Shown here: positions 58,231 through 64,000 of the stretch, one piece after another
Numbering within the stretch: the stretch's first letter is position 1
How the letters are laid out: each line of letters starts with the position of its first letter
NCBI GenBank assembly: GCA_027923505.1
Contig: BROI01000008.1
Location: 744,001 to 808,000 of the forward strand
DNA length: 64,000 bases
Direction: 5' to 3'
Source of the DNA: Mayamaea pseudoterrestris
Taxonomy: Eukaryota
Notes under the pieces: model-generated
Told to the model about the DNA's origin: nothing
Database searches by the model: none
What the model saw: the letters and a program-made list of their open reading frames with translations, nothing else
Translations under genes and position numbers: made by a program

Positions 58231-61200
58231 ATGGTAAAACGGAAGCAGAGATCCAAACGATCTGTCTCCAGTCTTCCAAAGGGATTGCCAACCCGTGGTG
58301 GCGGAGAGAATCCCTTTGAAGCCGTTCACCGCGCCAAGCGTCCCAAGCATGATGTCGTGAATCGCCCAACGATGAAATCGGCTGGCCCGTCAGCGCTGGC
58401 TCGTTCCATTCAGCAGCGACAGGAAGCTATTCAGGCCGCCCGCAAAGCGAGTCAATCGGCTAATGTGTTCCAGGATAAGCGTATTGGCGAGTACAACCCT
58501 GAGCACTCACAAGACGACAAGCAGATTGCTCGCTTGGTGCGAGAGCGAAGTCAACGAAGCAAACGGAGCCAAAAGTTTAATTTGGATGGCGACAACGAAG
58601 AATTACTGACTCACAAAGGGAAAACGCTAGACAAGCTCACTGCCGCTGACCATATCATTCTGTCGGATGACGAGGACGACGACTTTGGAGGGTTGGAGAC
58701 GGACCTCCATTTCGGCGGTGGAACGCAAAAGGCATCCATCTATGGCCACTCGGTTGACATGGCGGATGTTTACGCCCAGCGCAAGAACGACCTTGACGAT
58801 ATCATCATGCGACGTAAAATCCTCAAGGCGGAACGACTCGAGAACAAGCACATGCAGGAGGAAAAGATTGAAACCATGGACGAACAGTATCAGGAACTTG
58901 CTAATCTGCTCCAGTTTCGTGACAAAGAGAAGGAGATTAGAGAGTATACTGCGAGCCGACGTAATGGGACGCTTACGAAAGAGGATGAAGAGTTTGAAGA
59001 GTGGAATAAAGAGCTCAAAACCTTTCAATTTGCATCAACTAAGGTCAAGGCTGCGGATCGCACCAAAACACCCGAGGAGGTGGCCAAGGAGGAGGCGGAC
59101 CGGTTGCAGGAGCTTGAGACGAGGCGGCTGGCGCGAATGAATGGTGATTTTGATAGCGATAGCTTGGCTGATATCTCGGATGAGGAAGGCTATTCATCAA
59201 AGGTAACCATGTCGAAGAAAAGAAGGAAGGCAGATTCGGCTGAAGCGTTAGACTATGCCGACAGCGACGACGACGAGGGCGACCAACGAAAGCCACGTTT
59301 TACACCTGATGGGTTGGTTATGGTGAACAGGAGAGGAGAAGTTGTTGTTGAAAATGCAGAGGAAGAAGACGGCGATGATGAGGAGGTAGATGGAATCGCT
59401 AACGCGTCCATGCCGGAGCACGCCGTGGAGACGCGGATTCTCGCCAATTATCATGCGCATGCGCAATTTGATGGGCACGAATCTTGGTTTGAAGGAGTTG
59501 TTACGAATGTTAACAAAGATGTTGAATCCGGAAAGGTATCATATGATATAACGTACGACGATGGTGACTTCGAAGAATGCGTTTTGGCTCGTCATGTACG
59601 ATTACCGAGCGAGGCTGTTGTTGCAAACGTTAACCAGCCTTGTGAAACGGATAAGACGGCAAAGGCAAAATTAAGCAAAGCGAAGTCTAGAGCCAGGTAC
59701 GTCAATGGGGACAGGTAATCGTCGTAGATAGACGGTGTGTTCTTGAATTCGCGCTTTCGTGCCATTCGAATGCTGTTGGACCTGGAAGGGCGTTATGCTC
59801 CAGATAGGTTCTCGAAAATGATATTCACCCAGAGCAATAAAGACCATAATAGTACTTTTTGGATTGAGAATCCTCCCTTGAGTCTCCTTGGTATATACAT
59901 CTGCTAACGAACTTCTATGCCTCTTTTTAGAGCGACCATACCCTATGTTTTTGAAGTCCCTACTACTCTCGATGCTCTTCACGAGTTGATCGCTGCGCAT
60001 GCATCAACCGGGGAGGACGCCTCAACGATAATCGATCGCATTTACAAAGTTAACTCTGTACGACTTGATCGTCGCAACACAGAACGTATGCAAAATTTTT
60101 ACGATGTATTGCTGCGTCGCTTCGTGGCAATCGGCGATGCGATATTTGAGTCGGGCGGTGGTGGTCCACAGCTTGGCCGCTATAAGCAACTTAATGCACT
60201 TCTTAAAGCATTGTACGCAATGGCTCAAGATGCCCCGGATAGCGCAACAGCTGTATGGAGTCGACGATTGGGCGTATTGCAGAGTGCCCACGCGAAGCGT
60301 TTGCGCGATGCCGAGCTCGACACCCAAGATGAAGATAACGACGAAGAAATAACCGCTTGGCCTTCAACGGGAGTTTTTTTGGCCTTACGGAGTATAGGCC
60401 ACATTTTTCCCGTGACGGATCGGCGGCATCATGTTGTGACGCCAACGCTTCTATTCCTCGCGCAAATAATCGGTCACACTCCCGTTACATCTCTCTACGA
60501 TCTGGTTCTTGGCGTCATGTGTTCAGGCTTGTTGCTCGAATATTCAAAAGGAGCACAACGTATCGTGCCAGAATGCTTAGTTTTTCTTGCTGATGTGATT
60601 CGGCTCTATACGCCTGATGTTACTACGTCTGCAGGCGCCTTTGCACTTCCTTCACTTGGTGCTGCTTCCACTATGCATATATTTACGTCACTACGACTAG
60701 CGGTGTCGAAATTTGAAGCCAGTGACTGCTTACGATTGTCGCTGGAGAAAAGCAGAATTAACGGCGAAGAAATCAAGTCTGCGATTTTAGCGTCAGCCCT
60801 TCAACTGACGGAAATGGCTGCCAATTTCTTCGGTGTCCCTCAATCGTCAGTGACACAAGAGTCATTCGTCGTGCTAGCCGAGAGTGTACTCTCACTTGAA
60901 CCGAAGTCACGTCAGTATCCATTTCCTAAAGTTATGCAACAGAAAGTGAGCGACTGCGTGTCGGCAATATCAAAAGTTTGCCCCGGAGGATTGAGGGCAC
61001 CATTAAGGTTACGATCTGGTCCAACGATACGTGAAAAGGCAATAAAGAGCTTGGCTCCACGCATGGAAGATCCTTCAAAGTACTCCTTGTCCAAGGATAA
61101 AGGCAAAGGCGCGACGCAAGCTGCGCTGGACCGCACTCGTCGTGAGTATAAGCGCGAGCACAAGGCAGTGGCAAGAGAATTGCGAACGGATGCTGCGTTC

Positions 61201-61413
61201 TTCGAAGCTGAACGACGGAAGGATAAAGAAAAGAAAGACTCATCCGCACGTGCCAAGCGGCACAAGGCCTTTTCTTGGATGGAAGGAGAGCAGGCGACAA
61301 TGAATCAACAAGTCCGCCAAGGTGGCGGCTTACTGTCCGGTGGAGGTATTGGAGCTGCTCGAGCTAAGGCGAAGAGCGCCAAGGTTGGAATGAAGAAGGG
61401 CGGAAAGCTTTAA
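58231..61413 (+). CDS. NOP14: Nucleolar protein 14; exons 58231-59696 and 59931-61413
   Basis: NPFE, FQDKRIGE, LTHKGKTL, DRTKTPEE, RLQELETRRLARM and KREHKAVARELRTDAAF. Phase-2 intron 59697-59930 (GTACGT...TAG). Confidence 0.93.
59760..59902 (+). ncRNA. Candidate intronic box H/ACA snoRNA
   Basis: H box AGAGCA at 59831-59836, ACA at 59897-59899, and a 3' hairpin whose pocket (TAATAGT / CTCCT) is complementary to LSU rRNA helix 69. The 5' end is approximate. Confidence 0.65.
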
Positions 61414-61466
61414 TTATCATAATTGGAAGAAGGCGTTAGTTTTACAGAAAATTAAGTCGCAAGTTT

Positions 61467-63024
61467 TTATAAATTAGAGATGCCAATCAAAGCAAGACGT
61501 TTGTCCTGGCGCTCCAGAAAGGCGCGCTCGACTTCCTTGAATTCAGCCAACATGCTTGTGATCTCTTCCTCTGTCTTTGCTTGCTGCTCATTCATCGACG
61601 CTTCGATATTACGAAGCTCTGCCTCCGACTCTTGCCGGCGCGCCATAGCGTCTCGTCGACCCTTTTCAACAACCAAGAGACTAGCTTTCAAAGTGTCAAG
61701 AGCTTCTTGAGCCCCATCAATTTGCAATTTGTGATGCTTGCGCTGCGAAATAATCTTCTCCTGCAGCAGTTTGTGCTGATGCTTCGCCTTGTCAGTTTCG
61801 TACTGAATAGCGGATGTTTCCTTCTCATTGGTCTTGATCTGTTTCAGTGTCAGTTCGAGCTCATTGACCATCTCCTTGAATTTGTCCATTTGCTCGAGCA
61901 AGTCATCTAACTGGACTTCCACTTCCTCAGACTCCTTGTTAGCCTGCTCGAGCCGAACAATCTTGAGCTTGACCTCTTGCAGCTGCATTTCAAGTTTGGC
62001 ATTTGCTTTCTTTTGCTTCTCCACCTCGTCCTTCACGCACTGTACACTTGCTTTGCGCCTATCTGGACTGGTAACTATCTGCATCCGCAAGTTTTCTTCC
62101 TCTGCTTGCGCTTCCTGCAGGGACCAAATTGCAGTGGCCAGCTCATCCTTCAAATCGTTCGTCTGCTTTTTGAGGGCGGCAGCCTCCTCTCGCGAAGCCG
62201 ATTGTAACTGATTGTTGCGAGCAATATCCGCTTCAAGCTGACGGCACTCTTCTATAATAAAAGTGACTTCTTCACTTGACGAATGCGCATGGAGCTCCAC
62301 TTGTGCGTACTCGTCATTGAGCTGAACATTGTCCTTGTTAATTTGATCAAGCGCCACCATCAAGTCATTGCGCTGGGATGAATACGGTATGAGTCATGTT
62401 AGATTGTACCTTGATATTGAAGTAACAATTACAAAAAGCGTAATTCGTGTTGAGTACTTACGGCTTCATTCAACTCGGCAAAGACTTTGACTTGTTCATT
62501 GTAGAAGTTGCCAGCCAAGTTGCATATCGCCGAGAGCTGCTGCTGCAACCGCTTGGGGGTCGGCGTACCATAAATGTCTCTCCAGCTGAATTCATAGTAC
62601 CCGCAAGACTCGAACAAGTGTCGAAGGGCGAGAAAGAGTTTCATCTCAACAAACTGTTGCGTTTCCGAGTGAAGCTGTGTGTCGTTGTCGGGCGCCCAGG
62701 CACTGAGTGCTTTGTCGCTGATAAGAAAATCCTCTTCCTGCTTCCCGGAACAATAAGACAGCTGCACAGCGATAGCGACATTAGATGATGTTGTTTAAAC
62801 ATCGAGTTTAAACATCTGCTACAGCTGTTAGTACTCACCAAATGGAGAAAAATGTTGCGGAGTTTCTCTCGATTGCGATGCGGCTCATTCAGTTCATTCT
62901 TGGTTATGTCAATCTTCAAACCGGCCAAAGCTTGAATGATTTCTGACTGATGGAGAATTGGAAAACTGATGCGACCGCCAATGCTAGAGCTACGGCTCCG
63001 TTGGGGCGTCCCGTTGACAACCAT
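61467..63024 (-). CDS. NUF2: Kinetochore protein Nuf2 (463 aa); exons 63024-62839, 62761-62462, 62372-61467
   Basis: SFPILHQSEI, FSWRDIYGTPTPKRLQQQLSAICN and a long C-terminal coiled coil. Two GT-AG introns keep frame. Confidence 0.85.
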
Positions 63025-63621
63025 GGTGACGAAGGTACGCAATGCAGTTGCGTTTTGGAGAGGAAAGCGTTTGGCTAACTGTAAACGTGACGTATCGGCA
63101 CTCGTTAACGTCTGTTTGCTGGCTTTGCGCGCGTGCCAGTCATGTCTCACGATTCACTTAACTTCAACATGGACGCTTCCATTATTTCATTGCCCATTGG
63201 ATGGCCAAGCGAACCGATTGATATTCATCCGTCATTCCTTGATGGCATTGTGTCATAAAACGAGTGGCGTGGGCTAAAAGGCGTTTCGGTTGGACATAGA
63301 GGCGGTGCCGGAAGGACCGAACGTAGAACAGCACGCGGGGTTGGAGACGGGCGATCGAGCGACCACGATCAGCGCATTGAGCAAGCGACGTTCTCCGGAA
63401 GCCTTCTAATTGCGTCGAATCTGCATCGTTGTGGTTCAAAGGTAGGCTGATAAGGAAGAATCTTTAGGAGTAGAGCTTAAAAACATCAAGGAAATTATTC
63501 TCGCTCTTGGAGATTCAGATGAGAATCTTGGATTGTTGCGATTTTCGATTGACATCCCGTGCGTCCTCGCTCATTTATTATATTCTCCATTTATCATCTT
63601 TCAGCTTGTACAAAGACAGCA

Positions 63622-64000
63622 ATGCCACAGAAGCAGTCGCCGGCAATGCCGTCGAATCTCGCTCCTCGATCGCGGAGTCGAACCGTCGGCGGATCGACCG
63701 AGCTTTCGCATGGCAATGGTAATGATGAACCAGTGGCAGATTCACAAATACCACGGCGATCCATCATTTTACCCAGTGCAGATAGACAACAATACATTGG
63801 ATCAGCGCCAAATACAGTCAATGTGTTTGGCAGAAGTCTCATCCCGCCGCAAAGCTCGTTTGCTCGAGCCATCGTCGGAAGCACTGACAAATTACATGTT
63901 ACCTCGAATGCCAGCCTGGGCATGGCACGAGGCACTGCGACGATGAGTAACAATTCGCTTCATCCGGGCATGTCTGGCCTTTCTGTACTTCTAAATCAGC
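63622..64000 (+). CDS. Hypothetical protein, 3' partial
   Basis: ATG at 63622 (MPQKQSPAMPSNL...) opens a frame with no stop to the window end; divergent from NUF2; no recognised domain. Confidence 0.45.
   Translation, partial: MPQKQSPAMPSNLAPRSRSRTVGGSTELSHGNGNDEPVADSQIPRRSIILPSADRQQYIGSAPNTVNVFGRSLIPPQSSFARAIVGSTDKLHVTSNASLGMARGTATMSNNSLHPGMSGLSVLLNQ

Noticed and set aside
59808..59872. Box C/D snoRNA in the NOP14 intron
   Set aside because: The C-like (ATGATAT) and D-like (TTGA) boxes are both imperfect; the H/ACA model fits better and yields a plausible target.
1..63024. Functional cluster of chromosome genes (MRG, CABIN1, RECQL4, HMG-box, NUF2) around the array
   Set aside because: Interspersed with unrelated housekeeping genes and cannot be distinguished from chance without synteny data.

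Overview
Eukaryotic, gene-dense DNA with short introns, most consistent with a diatom or related stramenopile (inferred from gene content and CoDi-like Copia elements). Left flank (1-10.5 kb): MRG/Eaf3, proteasome beta1 with a signal-like leader, CABIN1/HIR3 and an ankyrin/C2H2 gene. Centre (about 10.6-48.3 kb): a gene-free island of roughly 110 head-to-tail 169-bp palindrome-rich satellite monomers in three blocks. The island is invaded by a decayed Copia, a decayed tyrosine-recombinase (DIRS/Ngaro-like) retroelement, a 676-bp TRIM nested in that element, and an intact young Copia with an exact 2139-bp 3' duplication. Right flank (48.7-64 kb): RECQL4, CNNM, SPCS1, an HMG-box gene, NOP14 (with a candidate intronic H/ACA snoRNA), NUF2 and a partial ORF. 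Main leads: a candidate satellite-type centromere or heterochromatin domain; two Copia families sharing a non-canonical primer site (GATTAACA) that fits half-tRNA-Asn priming; non-TG..CA LTR ends; and a TRIM whose LTRs carry a 56-nt tRNA-like module. The segment 41747-42230 looks like a chimeric assembly consensus. All calls were made by eye, with no database searches.
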